Assembly: GCA_032718475.1 (NCBI GenBank)
Contig: JAUCBJ010006143.1
Span: 1,220-65,219 of the forward strand
Direction: 5' to 3'
Source: Nemertoderma westbladi
Lineage: Eukaryota; Animalia; Xenacoelomorpha
DNA: 64,000 bases
Part shown: in pieces, positions 24,961 through 37,185 of the stretch
Position numbering within the stretch: the stretch's first letter is position 1
Layout: each line of letters begins with the position of its first letter
Notes under the pieces: model-generated
Databases searched by the model: none
Told to the model about the DNA's origin: nothing
What the model saw: the letters and a program-made list of their open reading frames with translations, nothing else
Program-made: the position numbers and the translations under genes

Positions 24961-25993
24961 AAATATAAGTTGTAAGCAGATCATTTATGGACTTAATTTA
25001 AAAGAATTAAAAAATCAATTAACTGGTAAAATTGTACTCAAACCTAATCAGTTTATATATAAGGTATTTGGTGCAACCATATTAATGTTTACACGAAGTG
25101 GGGACTTCGCGCAGCACGAAGTTGGCAGAGCCTTAGCGAATTGACACTGTTAGGGGGTAGGTCAATTTATGCAAATAGTCACGTTGGCCCTCTAGCGGCA
25201 GACTGGAGAACTGCAGATGGATTTGCCTCCTTTGAAAGTCACAGCTAATGGTCTAATACATGTCTGCCAAGTTTCAGCTTAAACGGATTAAAAGCAAAGA
25301 AATGGGAGGGCATTTAATGTTTAGACATGTGGCCCTCTAGCGGGAGACCATTGCACTGATGGTGTCTGAAAGTCTCTCAAAAATCTCAACTTTTGCTCAT
25401 ATTGATACCTACAAATTTTCAACTTGGCAGCTTTAAATCCGACAAAGTTATTAGCATGTCAAAATCGTAACGACGACGACAACGACGACGACAACGACGA
25501 CGACGACGACAACGACGACGACAACTATTTGCATAAATTGACCCACCCCCTAACAGTGTCAATTCGCTAAGGCTCCGCCAACTTCGTGGCTCGCCCCACA
25601 AATGGTCGAATAACAATTCTCAGTAGAAAATATAATTTTAATAAAGTGAAAAAGCATATATTCGAAAAAACAAACATTAATTTGATTTTTAAATCAATCA
25701 ATTTGTGTACTTATATTTTTAGTATAGATACCGTAATTTATAGGTTACTTATAAACAATATCGGGTTTTATGTTATATTTGATAATGTTAAACTAGAAAT
25801 TTCATACGACCCTGAAATATTCAATAACTGTAAAATCAGAATAAAAAATAATGTTGTTGTTTGCTGTTTCTACACTGGTAAATGTACATTAATGTGTTAC
25901 CCGTTTAAATTTCATATATATTATCCTATATTCAACAAACTGGTTAATAATTTATTATTGTTTGGTGCGAGGGTTTTTTGTTGTAAAATATAA
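24908..25993 (+). pseudogene. TATA-binding-protein (TBP)-like gene split by a 507-bp insertion
   Basis: Removing 25093-25599 fuses ORFs 24908 and 25586 in frame (ATILMFT|NGRITIL), giving ~183-192 aa. Two TBP-like repeats: ILMFTNGRITI and ISYDPEIF...VCCFYTGKCTL (compare TBP ALIFSSGKMVC and SYEPELF...LLIFVSGKVVL). Confidence 0.72.
25093..25599 (-). mobile_element. Non-autonomous Helentron-associated (HINE/DINE-1-like) element
   Basis: ~75-bp subterminal inverted repeats, (GTC/GTT)n microsatellite, no clear TSD. Near-identical copy at 46362-46895. Confidence 0.7.
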
Positions 25994-26698
25994 TTAGTGC
26001 GAGTGAAATTTATTGTTGTTGTTGCTGTTTGGTGGTGGAGATTTTTACTGTAAAATATATATATTAAATTGGCAGGAAAAAATTTTTTATGAATATTTTA
26101 TTTAAAATCAACAACTAGTTTGAGAGGAAATTAACTAACTAACTTTAGTAGAGTAATTTCTTGTAACACACAAGTAGGCATAGTATACTCAGGGGCCATA
26201 GCTAGCTAGCTAGCTAACTAAGCATTGTTGCTCACGAGTGAGCTACAATAGCGCATCTGTTACTTATGAGTGTGCGTGTGTGCAGCAGCCAACGCTAAGC
26301 TCAGCGAGAAAAGATTAGGGCTATGTGCTGGTATTCATAGTCAAAGACGAGGTCATCCTATCTGTTACTAGTCTGTATACCGGTACATATTATTAAAACA
26401 TCGGCTATGCATCTACCTACATTCAGAATAGAACAATGAACAGTGCATATATCGCTAATCCGCATGGGAAAGGTTTATGTTCTACATTTTGTTAACTATG
26501 TGAATTTTGTAATGTAAACATCTGCGACCCACTACAAAAATATATATAAACTCAATTTTCAAACAATGAACTATAATTTTGTTAACCAAAATAAGAAAAA
26601 AATAAAAATACCGGTATACTGTATCCACCCTGTCTGTTACCCTTAGACTATATATATATATAAACCTAAACTAACCTGAGACAGCAAGAAGATGACTT

Positions 26699-27031
26699 TT
26701 GCTTATTAACAACCGTTCGTTGAAAAGCAACATAAAGTTTGATTTCGAGAGCGAGGATACTTTTGTATCATCATCAAACGTATCTGATTTGGAAATCAGA
26801 TACAATAATAAAAAATTTGAAATCGGATTTACCAATATCATCAATCACAAACATGGAGTAACAAAGTTAGAGACTACGAAAAACTTTACTTTGAATATAA
26901 GAATAAATCCTGGATCAGAAGAAGAAGAAGAAGTTACCGGTAATCAAAACAAATTAATACCAGCAACTCTACAAGAGAATTGGAAAACAGAGACCGCCGC
27001 AACTATACCAGAACCGGCAGAGACTATTTAG
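26699..27031 (+). CDS. Hypothetical Polinton protein (110 aa)
   Basis: Open ORF co-oriented with the left gene arm; no recognisable motif. Confidence 0.3.
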   Translation: MLINNRSLKSNIKFDFESEDTFVSSSNVSDLEIRYNNKKFEIGFTNIINHKHGVTKLETTKNFTLNIRINPGSEEEEEVTGNQNKLIPATLQENWKTETAATIPEPAETI

Positions 27032-28200
27032 AAAGAAATTAAACTTGCAATGCCTACCTGTAATAATAATAGGCCTAATCATCAACATTTTTCATAGTTG
27101 GATACTGGTATCTAACTAGTACACCTGTACACCTGTACACTCATACTCATTTCTGCATTTATAAAGTAGGCCTAAATGTTACCAGTCTGTGTATGTCTAT
27201 ATTAATATGTAATTTAATTTAAAAAGCGGACACATAAATAAATAAATAAACTAACTAACTATGTTTTATATAGTCCCGTCAACATAGATTGAATGTTAGT
27301 AACAGAGAATGTGGTGGATTTTATATAGGCTTAGTTAGGTATACTGCGAGCCACACCTATTGTATCCGAGTGGAGCCTTTATATGACTGGTTGAATGAAG
27401 GGGTTCCTGACTGTGTGTTCTAAAGGTTAACGGTATAGCATACAACATACTGTCATAAAGTGAATGTTGAAAGTTAGTAACAGAGGGTGCGAGGGGATTT
27501 TATAGGCCCAATAGCGCTACCGGTACCTAACCATGCCTATTGTGTGTGTGAGCTAGTCATTAGGCCTATATGCCTAACCGAATGAAAGTGTACCTTACCT
27601 ATCCGCGAGTACTAAAGGTTAACCGTAAACCATATTGGGTCAACATTCGAAAAAGGGCCCCGCATAAAGTTAACTATAGCTGTATAGGCTTACCTATGCG
27701 ACAGTAGTAGCCCGCAGTAATGTAGATTAGACCAATTAAAGTTGTAAACAGAAAATTGGAAGCATTCAAGTGTAATTGTGTAATCCTTAAATCAAAGAAA
27801 CCGGTATGCCCTTGCTCTATCCTCAAGTACCGGTATACAGTTACAAAAGTGCTATAGGGCCGCCGGTACCAGTAGGCCTATTGTTAGGAGGGCCTCTCTA
27901 ATGCGGCATTCACGAACCCTCCATGTTGAGTTAATTTAATTTTATTATTTAGTAAGTAACGCTAAAGCGTTGTGGTTGCTGTCAGTCTAGAAGGGTGCCA
28001 TTCTGCCATTCTATATGTCTGTATGTGTAAAGTCAGCTAGCTACTGGTAGTTAAACTCTGATACAACAACGGGCTACCGGTAGGTGTGGTGTGTTTGTGA
28101 GTGTAAACAGCGATATAAAAAAAGATTTTAATGTTTTTATTATTTTTATTGACATTAAAACAAATATATTATCCCATCACATTACATGCTTAGAGTAAAC

Positions 28201-28804
28201 CTACTGTAAGAGTACATCTTCCACCGCAGTTATTTCTTTCTGTTTATCATCATCATCAGTCACAGTTAAACGCTTTCTCACGAAAAAGCGTTTCATCACA
28301 TACCCACCGACGCGTTTTGCTGAGCAGTACCGCAGACAGTTATCCCTTGTGTTTAAGTGGAACGCACATTTATTTTCTACTGTAGTAAATTGATCGTGGA
28401 AACGACAAGGGGTTAAATAATCGTGATATCGCTCATATATTCCCAATTTCTCCATCGAATTTGGTGCGAGAACATCAAGTTGGGTGTTTAATATTGCCTG
28501 CTTCATCAACCCAAATACATATATTTTTTTTATATTTTAAATGTCTCTTCATGTATTTTTTAAAGTCCTCTTGCGAAATGTCACCGTAGTCCCAGGGTAA
28601 ATGAGAAGTCATGTCCCGTAAATTGTTTACGTGGGCTACATCTAATGCTGATAATTTAATATTAGGGGGGCCTTTAATTAAAAACGTCTTTACATTAGTT
28701 TTGGTGTAATTAGAATCGAATATAGCAAATTCTTTAAATACTACTTGATACTCTTTATTGTCTATCGTATAGTATTGAAAATCAACAAAAATAATATTAT
28801 CCAT
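28201..28804 (-). pseudogene. DEDD-fold exonuclease-like protein with E..C-H-C motif; one frameshift
   Basis: IIFVDFQYY...VFKEFAIFD...LPWDYGDI in ORF 28804 continues into ORF 28509, which ends CAFHLNTRDNCLRYCSAKRV. Confidence 0.55.
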
Positions 28805-28835
28805 TTTATCTGATAAACAAAAGTTAAATGATTAA

Positions 28836-29288
28836 TTACAACGTTTGTTGGTTTAATTTATAATAATTAACAAGCCATTTATATAATATTATTTCATTTA
28901 TTTCCACATTATTTGTAAACGCACTCATTGGATAGATTGTGTGAATACGATTTACCAAATAATAAAGACAGTATAGACCGCATGTCGTTCGTCTAGGGTC
29001 TTGAAATTGTTTGCGTGTAGTACGCCACCTCGCTGAATTTTTCTCAAGCCATTTTTCGATACATCTGTTTGGATATTTTGGTCCAAACGAGTCAAATACT
29101 TCGGCTTCATTATCTCGTATATATATTGCGATCCAATGAATCCCAGGAAGATGCTCTTTATCGGTATTTCCTATTAACCCATAATCTCTCCGCTTATTAT
29201 TATCTAATTTAGGTAATTTGTTAGCTGGAAACGCTCCCAAATAGTGACCACCCACTGGAAACATATCAAGGTCCTCTGTAGATAACAT
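28836..29288 (-). CDS. Adenain-like cysteine protease (Polinton PRO)
   Basis: NTD..HLPGIHWIAI, FDSFG and QFQDPRRTTCGLYC give the H-D-Q-C catalytic set. ORF intact. Confidence 0.95.
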   Translation of the reverse strand: MLSTEDLDMFPVGGHYLGAFPANKLPKLDNNKRRDYGLIGNTDKEHLPGIHWIAIYIRDNEAEVFDSFGPKYPNRCIEKWLEKNSARWRTTRKQFQDPRRTTCGLYCLYYLVNRIHTIYPMSAFTNNVEINEIILYKWLVNYYKLNQQTL

Positions 29289-29756
29289 ACTTAATCGATA
29301 TGTATTTCTTTCCTGCTATTTGAACTTAATGATTGATCATAAATATTAAAAACGATTACATTTATGGTCTCAACCAACGGTTCGGCAAATCTTAATTTTA
29401 ATTGTCCGTTAGTATATATCGATGGCTGCGGATCTCTAACATAGCCGTCAGCTGTTAGGTCCCAGGATAGGAGGGGGCAATTACCTAAGTAGGTTTCATG
29501 GTCTATATTATTACCCCCATAACTGTTAATATATGTATAAATGTTTTTCATTAATTGAGTATACTCAAAAATATATGTTCCATCTGTAAAATTAGGCTCG
29601 TATATTACACCACCTACTGGAAGACCATCTACAATCAGTTCCGCGCGTCTAAGATTAAAATGTTCAAATTTCAAGGGGTTACTAATTAATTCTCCCGAAT
29701 AAGCGTTATTTGTTATAAAACCAATAATAACTAATTTGGGTTTTTTACCATTAAAT

Positions 29757-31092
29757 GTGGCTGGCCACGAGAAAAGGGACCTTATGTCACCGGAGGTCGA
29801 TTTTGAGTTATTAGGCCTATGAGATGCAGAATTTTCCAGAGATTCTAACAAATAAAACGGTGTGTCAATATCTATTTCCAATAAAAAGTTATAGCGATTT
29901 ATGTGAAGGTGAAACGGGTAGTTTTAATTTTATTAATAGCGGTTATAATAAGCGATTATAAAAAAAAATGGAAAATATTAATAATATCATAGCAATTCTT
30001 ACTATATAATTAGGCAGCTCAATGTTATTCGGCTTTTTATACAACTTTTAACACTTTGAAACTATTAATATTGTTCATGAACTATTTTAAAAAATTTTTT
30101 GCACAATTTTCAAAAAAAAACATGTCACCGAAAAAATTTTTTTTTTTTAATTTGATATTTTTTCAAAAAGATAAATATTTTTAACAAAATTTAAAATTAT
30201 TTGTATTTTGAATTCTTTATTGGGATTACAAAATTTAAGAACTAACAAAGATAAATTAAGAAAATGACAGCCATATTGCATTTAAAAAATAACTGTAAGC
30301 CTACAGTACCTACATACTACAGTAGTACAGTAACGCTTTCAAATAACGTCCTATTGGATCCTAATAGGATCCTAATAGGAAATAAATAACCTTTAGGAAA
30401 TCACTTGGAATTTGCCTAATGTAAGTCTACCTAGAGCGGCTAAATATCAAAGCTTAGAAGTATCTGTCAATCAACCTCCCGGGATAGCTGAAAGTAGTAG
30501 TAGCTTTGTCTAGTGGTTGAGTTGTATTTCCCTTCCCCTGACTTATCTTACAACAACGATACTCCCCATAGGCTAATGTTAAATATGCAAAGTACACACT
30601 ACTGGCTTTAACTCAACATCTGGACATATTAACTACCATACAGTAAAGGTATCGCCGCTTGTGTAAAATAGGCCCGCCAACACGTTGAGTGAGCCTCAAC
30701 AAGTAGTTGGGCTGCTAAAGCGTAATCTGATTGTATTCGGACGTCAAATTTTTAAAAATTTTATTTAAATTATTGTGTGAACTTTTTAGATCTGGCGATT
30801 TTACCATTTCCATGGTATAATAAATATAATTTATAATTAATATTTATATCAATATGCCAAGATGTTAAGTTTGTTACAAACCACTAAACTCCGTTAATTC
30901 CTGTAGGATGTTATGTCATTTACTTTTCGTAGCGGTTGCGATACGGATTGTGACATGTTGCGGAATCTGGTTGGAGAGTGTAATGTGCTCTGTGGGTGTT
31001 ATGTTTAAATACGGAACTTGTGTGTTTCAGTAAAATATAGCATTCAATATTACAGTTTATCTTCAATATTACAGTTTATCTATGTCGGGAAG

Positions 31093-31126
<34 letters not shown>

Positions 31127-32255
31127 CTATAGTCCCTAGCCCTCCTTGGGGACTAATCAATGACTTACTATTGGCCGAACGGATATTTAACTACACAATG
31201 AGATACAGAGAGTTAGGCAGTAAGTGGGCTGCTAATAATTAATAGCCCATATTTATTTTTAAGACTATAATAATAATTTAACACCCAATTATCTACCCCT
31301 GTACACCTCTTACAGCAAGCAGTGTTTGTCTAGTCAATGTAATGTCAATGTGTATAGGAAATAACAATTTCCCGTGGATAACATACATTTATTTAGTCGC
31401 CCAGTTTTAGCCCCTGTCTAATTATTAATTAAACTAATATATGAAAATAAACTAATATTTATTCTATTAATAATTACACAAACATTATTTTTTACTCTTT
31501 ATTACTTAAAATATGTTTAATAGTAATAAATACAGTGTGTGGTCCTACATTTATTTGTAAGTTCAATACAATTTTAAATTATTCCAAAGCCCACCAGCCC
31601 ACGGACATTAACTACGTGCGGATGTGTGTGGATTTCATCTATTAGAGTTTATATTTTAAATATTATTTACGTCAGAGGCTGGCAATACAAGGTACAGTAG
31701 GAGGAGTGTAATCTTCCATCCTTAATGATTGACAGGATAGAGAAGAAGTAGACCAGCACAAGCATAGTCTGATTCACTCCACCTTCCAGACATCAAAGTA
31801 AGCGCCGATTTCCAAGTAAATTCCTAATGAAATCCAAGTCAAATCCTAAGTGCCTCCAAGTCTGGAATTTGGGCTAAATTTCATTTCCAATTAAATCCTA
31901 ACTCCAATAGTAGTGAATCAGTGACTTGGATTCTATTAGGATCCTATTAGGAACCAATACGACGTTATTTGAAAGCGGTACTGTACAATTACAATTTATT
32001 ACAGTTCTAAATTCAGACATGAAAACCCTAAGACAGTGGGATATAGAATACTGCAACATCTTATATTGCTTCCTGTAATTAGTTATTTCCTAGGTATATT
32101 GAATATCAGAACCAATTTGAATTTCCCTCATCGTTTTATACATTTCTAAATTGATAATCCAATTAAATTTGTTCAAAAATAGAGGGAAACTTTAAACGCG
32201 ATTATCTCAGAACCAGGTTTTGCAACATAAGGTCCCTTTTCTCGTGGCCAGCCAC
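29757..32255. mobile_element. Non-autonomous DNA transposon, Sola1-like, inserted in MCP
   Basis: 31-bp TIR GTGGCTGGCCACGAGAAAAGGGACCTTATGT at both ends; 4-bp TSD AAAT (29753-56, 32256-59) fits the AWWT preference of Sola1. Confidence 0.8.
30328..31983. mobile_element. Non-autonomous Tc1/mariner (pogo-like) element nested in the Sola-like element
   Basis: ~50-bp TIR CAGTA(A/C)CGCTTTCAAATAACGTC.TATTGG.TCCTAATAGGATCCTAATAG, with TA on both sides. Confidence 0.8.
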
Positions 32256-33081
32256 AAATATGTTTGTTTGAGTGTAATTTGTGGTTTGTGCTGGAATAGT
32301 AAATGTTGTCACCTCCTTTTTTTGGAATTGATATTTAATATCGTAACTCTCTAAACCTTTTAGGTGACTGCTTTCTATTACTGGATTAACCTCCATTCTA
32401 GGGATTAGGATCTTTACTTCATCTAATTCTAGCCGAAGATTTGTCACAGCGTTTGCGTTTGGAGTGATTTTAAAAATAAACGAATTTGATACTTTTCTAA
32501 AATGCATTCTTAAATCATACCCAGGTTGTATTATTTTACTTTCAGTATCAAAATCAATCGTCAATCCGCTTACAAATTGCATTTGTTTACTAAAGGCATC
32601 GCCAATAGGATGCGCGCCGGGATTATTTTCATTTCCGTGTTCGGATAAAGGCTGACGAAAGCCGCCAGCCCCCAGTAACCCATTTTTATCCTCGTAATTG
32701 GTAAATAATAAATTGGATAAGTACGACTTGTAGAAATAATTGTTATTGCTATTTTCAACCTGCTTCTCATTAAGGTCTATTTTAATATCACTCCACATAG
32801 TCCCAGAATGGTAATTCAGCATATATATATGGGAGTTTTCAAGTCGTCTATCCCATCGTACAGTACATTTTGTAATTAATAACGCATCTTGCAGTTTTGT
32901 ATAGAATTCATTGGATCTTGGTACAAGGAACGTGACCTCCCTAGATTCACTTCGGAGATTAGATACGGGGTAAATTGTTTCATAATGCTTTGCTTTAAAT
33001 TCAGTCTGTATTGGCTGTGTAGAAAATAAATCTAATTCCTTAGTAATTGACATTATTAATAAATACTTTTTTCGCAGTGTT

Positions 33082-33621
33082 TCAGTTTGCATTTTTTATT
33101 TTTCTATTTTTACTACGACGATGAGGTATGTTCATAGACATTGGTCTAGTTGGTCGCTTTAAATCTCTATAAACTTTTTCTACAACCGACCTTGTTGATG
33201 GTTTCATTTTATTTAATGCTTTATTAATAACCGTATTAGCCTGCTGATGTAAGACCCGCTTACCTATTGGTATTACGTGTTGTCTCATAAATTTTGTGGT
33301 AAATGGTAAAGCTTTTTGTAAAACTTTTTTTGCTAATGGCTTACCAAATTTTTTCAATGTAGATAAAGCGTCTGTAAATATACCTTCCCCGTGTTGATTT
33401 GTCCTCATACCTCTACGATAACGTTGAAATCGACGTTGTTTTAAGTTTGGACCAAATGCACCAATTTGTTGACCGTAAGGGTCAATATATGAACCACCAC
33501 GAAAAACAGGGACTTGCGTCGAACCTCTGGTACTTCTTCCACCTTTAAAAACAGCAAGATTAGAGTCTGCACCACCCCCATATTGAGGTTTACTGTATCT
33601 TTGAATTAAATCGGAATCCAT
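33082..33621 (-). CDS. Basic Polinton protein with QxGxG motifs (putative protease-cleaved core protein)
   Basis: QYGGG and QHGEGIF followed by an amphipathic helix; Arg/Lys-rich; lies between mCP and MCP. Confidence 0.7.
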   Translation of the reverse strand: MDSDLIQRYSKPQYGGGADSNLAVFKGGRSTRGSTQVPVFRGGSYIDPYGQQIGAFGPNLKQRRFQRYRRGMRTNQHGEGIFTDALSTLKKFGKPLAKKVLQKALPFTTKFMRQHVIPIGKRVLHQQANTVINKALNKMKPSTRSVVEKVYRDLKRPTRPMSMNIPHRRSKNRKIKNAN

Positions 33622-33622
33622 T

Positions 33623-34456
33623 TTAATTTATTTTTTTAAAGTGTAATGTAATAGATGTTGTCCCGTATTCAAAATTTAAATCTTTTCCTTCTTTGTCTGT
33701 TATTTCAATATGAATGTATGTTATCTTATATGATTTTTTTACAGGGATATAATGAATTGTATCCTTGGCAAATTCTTTATTTATTACACTACCATATTTC
33801 ACGTCATCAGGTATCGCCACGCGACGAAGTAAAGCTAAGCCAAAATCATTAATATATTCATTTTCAATTATATTAGTAGTCACGTACATGTTCGATTTAG
33901 GTTCTGGAATAGAGTTGGGTGGTTGAGGACATAAAAATACCATCTGGTAAGTTTTTTCTTCATTTCCTATAATCTTTATTAAATAACCCTTTATGTTATT
34001 TTTCGTCTTCAAAATAATTTTAAAATTTGGATTTAAATTCGCACCGAGATTATTTTCAGTAATTCCAAAATAATAGGCTAATTGTTGACCTATAAATAAC
34101 TCTCGTACAGTTTTCCCTAAAATAAATTGCAATCTATTTTGCTGAGTATTTTCAACTATTTGTAATTTATCTTTCAGCGTGCCGGTGTTAAAATAATCTA
34201 TAATGTCATTGATACTGTAGAACAAGCCGGATGGAAGTGTATCCTCAAAAATTTTTTTCCCTTTTTTTAATAAAATAACATTCTCTACATTGTTATACAT
34301 GGACGGTAACGTGGCTAAGTAAAATATACTTTTTATACCTACCACCCAGTTTTTGTTTGGATTTTTAGGTAAGGCACCATGAAAATTTATCTGATAATTA
34401 CTGGCGGGGAAAATCAACTGGACAGGAGTTACTTGGTAGCCTAACATAGAATTCAT
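33623..34456 (-). CDS. Minor capsid protein (penton-like), copy A
   Basis: WVVGIKSIFY, MYVTTNIIE, LLRRV, HYIPV, IEITDKEGKDLNF and ITLHFKK follow the Polinton mCP pattern. Confidence 0.85.
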   Translation of the reverse strand: MNSMLGYQVTPVQLIFPASNYQINFHGALPKNPNKNWVVGIKSIFYLATLPSMYNNVENVILLKKGKKIFEDTLPSGLFYSINDIIDYFNTGTLKDKLQIVENTQQNRLQFILGKTVRELFIGQQLAYYFGITENNLGANLNPNFKIILKTKNNIKGYLIKIIGNEEKTYQMVFLCPQPPNSIPEPKSNMYVTTNIIENEYINDFGLALLRRVAIPDDVKYGSVINKEFAKDTIHYIPVKKSYKITYIHIEITDKEGKDLNFEYGTTSITLHFKKIN

Positions 34457-35338
34457 CCATTAGCACCACCGCGTATTAACTTAAGTGTTATAACAGTGCG
34501 ACCCCCGTTAAAATTAATTAATTCGCCTTGGTCGTCACGTAAAGTAATTAATATTGTTTTTAGTTTTTTATTCAACAACGGGTAATAGCAAATGCTCTCG
34601 TATTCGTGATTAATATATTTTCGATTTAATTGTGTTAAAGGACAGGTTCTTAAGAGCGGTGCTAAAGCGTCGCCAACAAATGAGCTCTCAATAATATCTG
34701 TGTATATGAATATTGTATCTTTATTACGAGTTATATTCGTGGGAGCTGGAAAATCTAAAATTCCAATTTCCGAAATTTTTGGTCCACTATAATTTAAAAT
34801 TAATATCGGCTGTTCTATATTGCTTAATTCATCCACTGTGGTGGTACTGTATATATCCCAATTCGGAATATCCGGATGATTCTGATCCAATAACAGTTTT
34901 AAGCCTAGAATTTGTATTAAATCACCACGTATACTTAATTGTATTTTTTTCAACTTTTTAGGAAATTTAAATCTTATTCTACAATTATTTGTATTAAAAA
35001 TGAATTCGAAATCTCTATATTTCGCTTCAGAATTAAACAGTTTATTTATATCATCAATAATGACTTGAATAGAGTTATGCATACCGGGAAATAAACTGTA
35101 TAATTTGGCATCTTTTGCATCTACCCCGATTGACAGCGAGATTTGAGTTTGCAGCGTAATATTACTGTATGTTGCTTGGTATTGTAGCTCGGCAAGCCCA
35201 ATTTTGGCGTTTGGACCAATATATAATTCTTCGGCTAAATCAACAGTAAACTCACTAGGATTATTGGGTCATTGGATCATTGGGATAAGTGTTCAATGAG
35301 CTATCTGAAAGTAGAGTGATATATGTATCTACAGCCAT
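34453..35338 (-). pseudogene. Minor capsid protein (penton-like), copy B; frameshift near the 5' end
   Basis: Starts MAVDTYITLLSDSSLNTYPN at 35338. A short CCAATGA duplication shifts the frame before NNPSEFTVDL..IGLAELQY. C-terminus IFIYTDIIESSFVGDALAPLLR...LRDDQGELINF. Confidence 0.85.
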
Positions 35339-36962
35339 TATTATTATTATTTAAGCTCTCTCTACTTGACTCCTTTGTACATACAGTATAATGTTAAATT
35401 ATAGACATCTGTGACCACGTTCATTGTCATCTTCTACAGTATATGCGAGGGATCAATATTTTACTGGCTTTATTTAAAGCGAATGAACTATAGATATATA
35501 GTATAGTAATAATATCATTCGAGTTAATATTGATTAATTACGGACATATGTGACCAAAATGAATTAATATACAGTATAAACCTAAGCTTATTGAATATGC
35601 TGTACCCACGACTGTTTCTTGGATCTGATGAATCGGACTAAATATTCTTTTTTCCCATTGCGCACACGTTCTTTAAGTTTGCCAATATTTTTGTCAATCG
35701 GAAGATAAATATTACTATTCGGGTGGACCTTTTGGAGTTCGTGAGAATAAAATGAGCCATTTATTATATCTCCGGCGCTGTCCTTAATATCGAACATTAC
35801 CGCTGGTACTCTATCCAATCTGACTCGATGAATAATAAATAATTCACGTGTCCATTGTTCTCGATAGCCTTTAGCAAAAGCAGTACGAGCGATAGATAAT
35901 CGTACTGTATCTCCAACTTTAAATTTTATTTTCTTGTGATTTATCTGTCTATATTTCCCATATAATCTATTCATTAATTCAGTTTCATTAAATTTATTAA
36001 CTTCAATGGGCGTCATTTGTATAGTCCTATGATAAGACCTATTATAAGCTGAGATAAGCTTAGGTAAAATTTTTATCCAAACATTATTTCCCCGTTGCGT
36101 AAAAATTTTGAACATCTTTGTTTTTAATGTTCTGTTGAATCTCTCGACAATAGCAGCCTTATTCACTAGGGGGGAGTGAAAAAAAATATTTTCTTTACTT
36201 TTAAGGGAAGCACTATTTTTCTGATGCCAAATCGGTCTAAACTAACTTTCCAAGAAATTTTTTTTGATTTTGAAAAATTCTAAGCGGGCCTCACGACACT
36301 TGAAAATTTCAAATTTTTGGGAATGGCAATGCCAGATTTGAAAATCCCAGATATTTTGTATTTTTGATAAAAGTTAAGGAAGATGCAAATATTTAATGTC
36401 AAATAGGTTGGAAACAAACACAAAATGTGAAATTGTGATTTTCATATAAATCTACCCCAGCCTCATGGCGTTTAAAATTTTGCAAAATTTGCCAAATATT
36501 TCACCCCAAAAATGCAGCAATCCTACTTCGTAGTCTCTATAGTTGAAATTGATTTACTGTGATTTGGAGTTCTACTTCCTGAGTGAAAACGAAGTCCCCT
36601 GATTTGATCACAACTATATTTCAATACTAGAAACCCAGCTAGCTGGCTGTGAATTTGCCATTGGATCAATTCCCAATAAGTATATTATAAACAACAGTAG
36701 GCCTAGGTCTAGGAAGAAGGATAATTCTAAATTAGGAAAACACTAGTAAAACAGTGAAACACTAGAAAAACATATGAAAAACACTGTAAAGCACACGGAA
36801 AACAGTAAAAATATTGATCAACAGGAAATTTATTACATGTATTACACTGCATTGGTAATCTTAAATGTACTCCTCGCATAGCACACATTAAGTAATCTCC
36901 GTAAAACATAGGGAAAACACTATAAACAAAAACGGTGAAATTTTTCCTATATTTCGCTAGAC

Positions 36963-37185
36963 GGCGGGGTAGCTCAATTGGCTGAGCGCCAGGCCTGCAA
37001 TCTATTGGTTGTAGGTTTAGCCCCACCAGGGTCCACTCAGCCGCCTTTCATCCACTGGGGTCGATAAATTGAGTACCAGTTAAATAACTGGGAGCAAATC
37101 TGGGGATAATAGTATAGCGCCCACCCCTACCCTCGGTAGCATCTATCGAAAGAGGAGCCTTCGGGTCGCCTCAACTGTTTGTTTG
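36963..37185 (+). mobile_element. tRNA-derived SINE with conserved central domain (MetaSINE-like)
   Basis: Head GGCGGGGTAGCTCAATTGG...CTGCAAT; core GGTCCACTCAGCC...TTTCATCC...GGGGTCGATAAATTGAGTACCAG resembles, from memory, the Meta domain; tail GAGCCTTCGGGTCGCC and (TGTT)n. Confidence 0.7.

Larger units (their letters stand above)
29291..33092 (-). pseudogene. Major capsid protein (double jelly-roll), split by the 29757-32255 insertion
   Basis: N part KELDLFSTQPIQT...YPVSNL; C part NGKKPKLVIIGFITNNAYSG...NPLKFEHF...WDLT. Excision gives in-frame TNIF|NGKKP, ~420-430 aa. Confidence 0.92.

Noticed and set aside
25419-25616. Protamine-like Arg/Cys-rich ORF (also 46688-46897)
   Set aside because: Translation artefact of the (GTC/GTT)n microsatellite in the HINE.
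29757-29881. N-terminus of ORF 29291-29881 and C-terminus of ORF 32202-33092 as real protein
   Set aside because: These residues are read-through into the TIRs of the inserted transposon.
31018-31242. Gly-rich ORF and G-runs (also 47706, 49211, 62461)
   Set aside because: Homopolymer tracts, mostly within MITEs; not coding and of unreliable length.
36963-37035. tRNA-Cys(GCA) gene
   Set aside because: The T-arm is degenerate and the sequence continues into a SINE body and tail.
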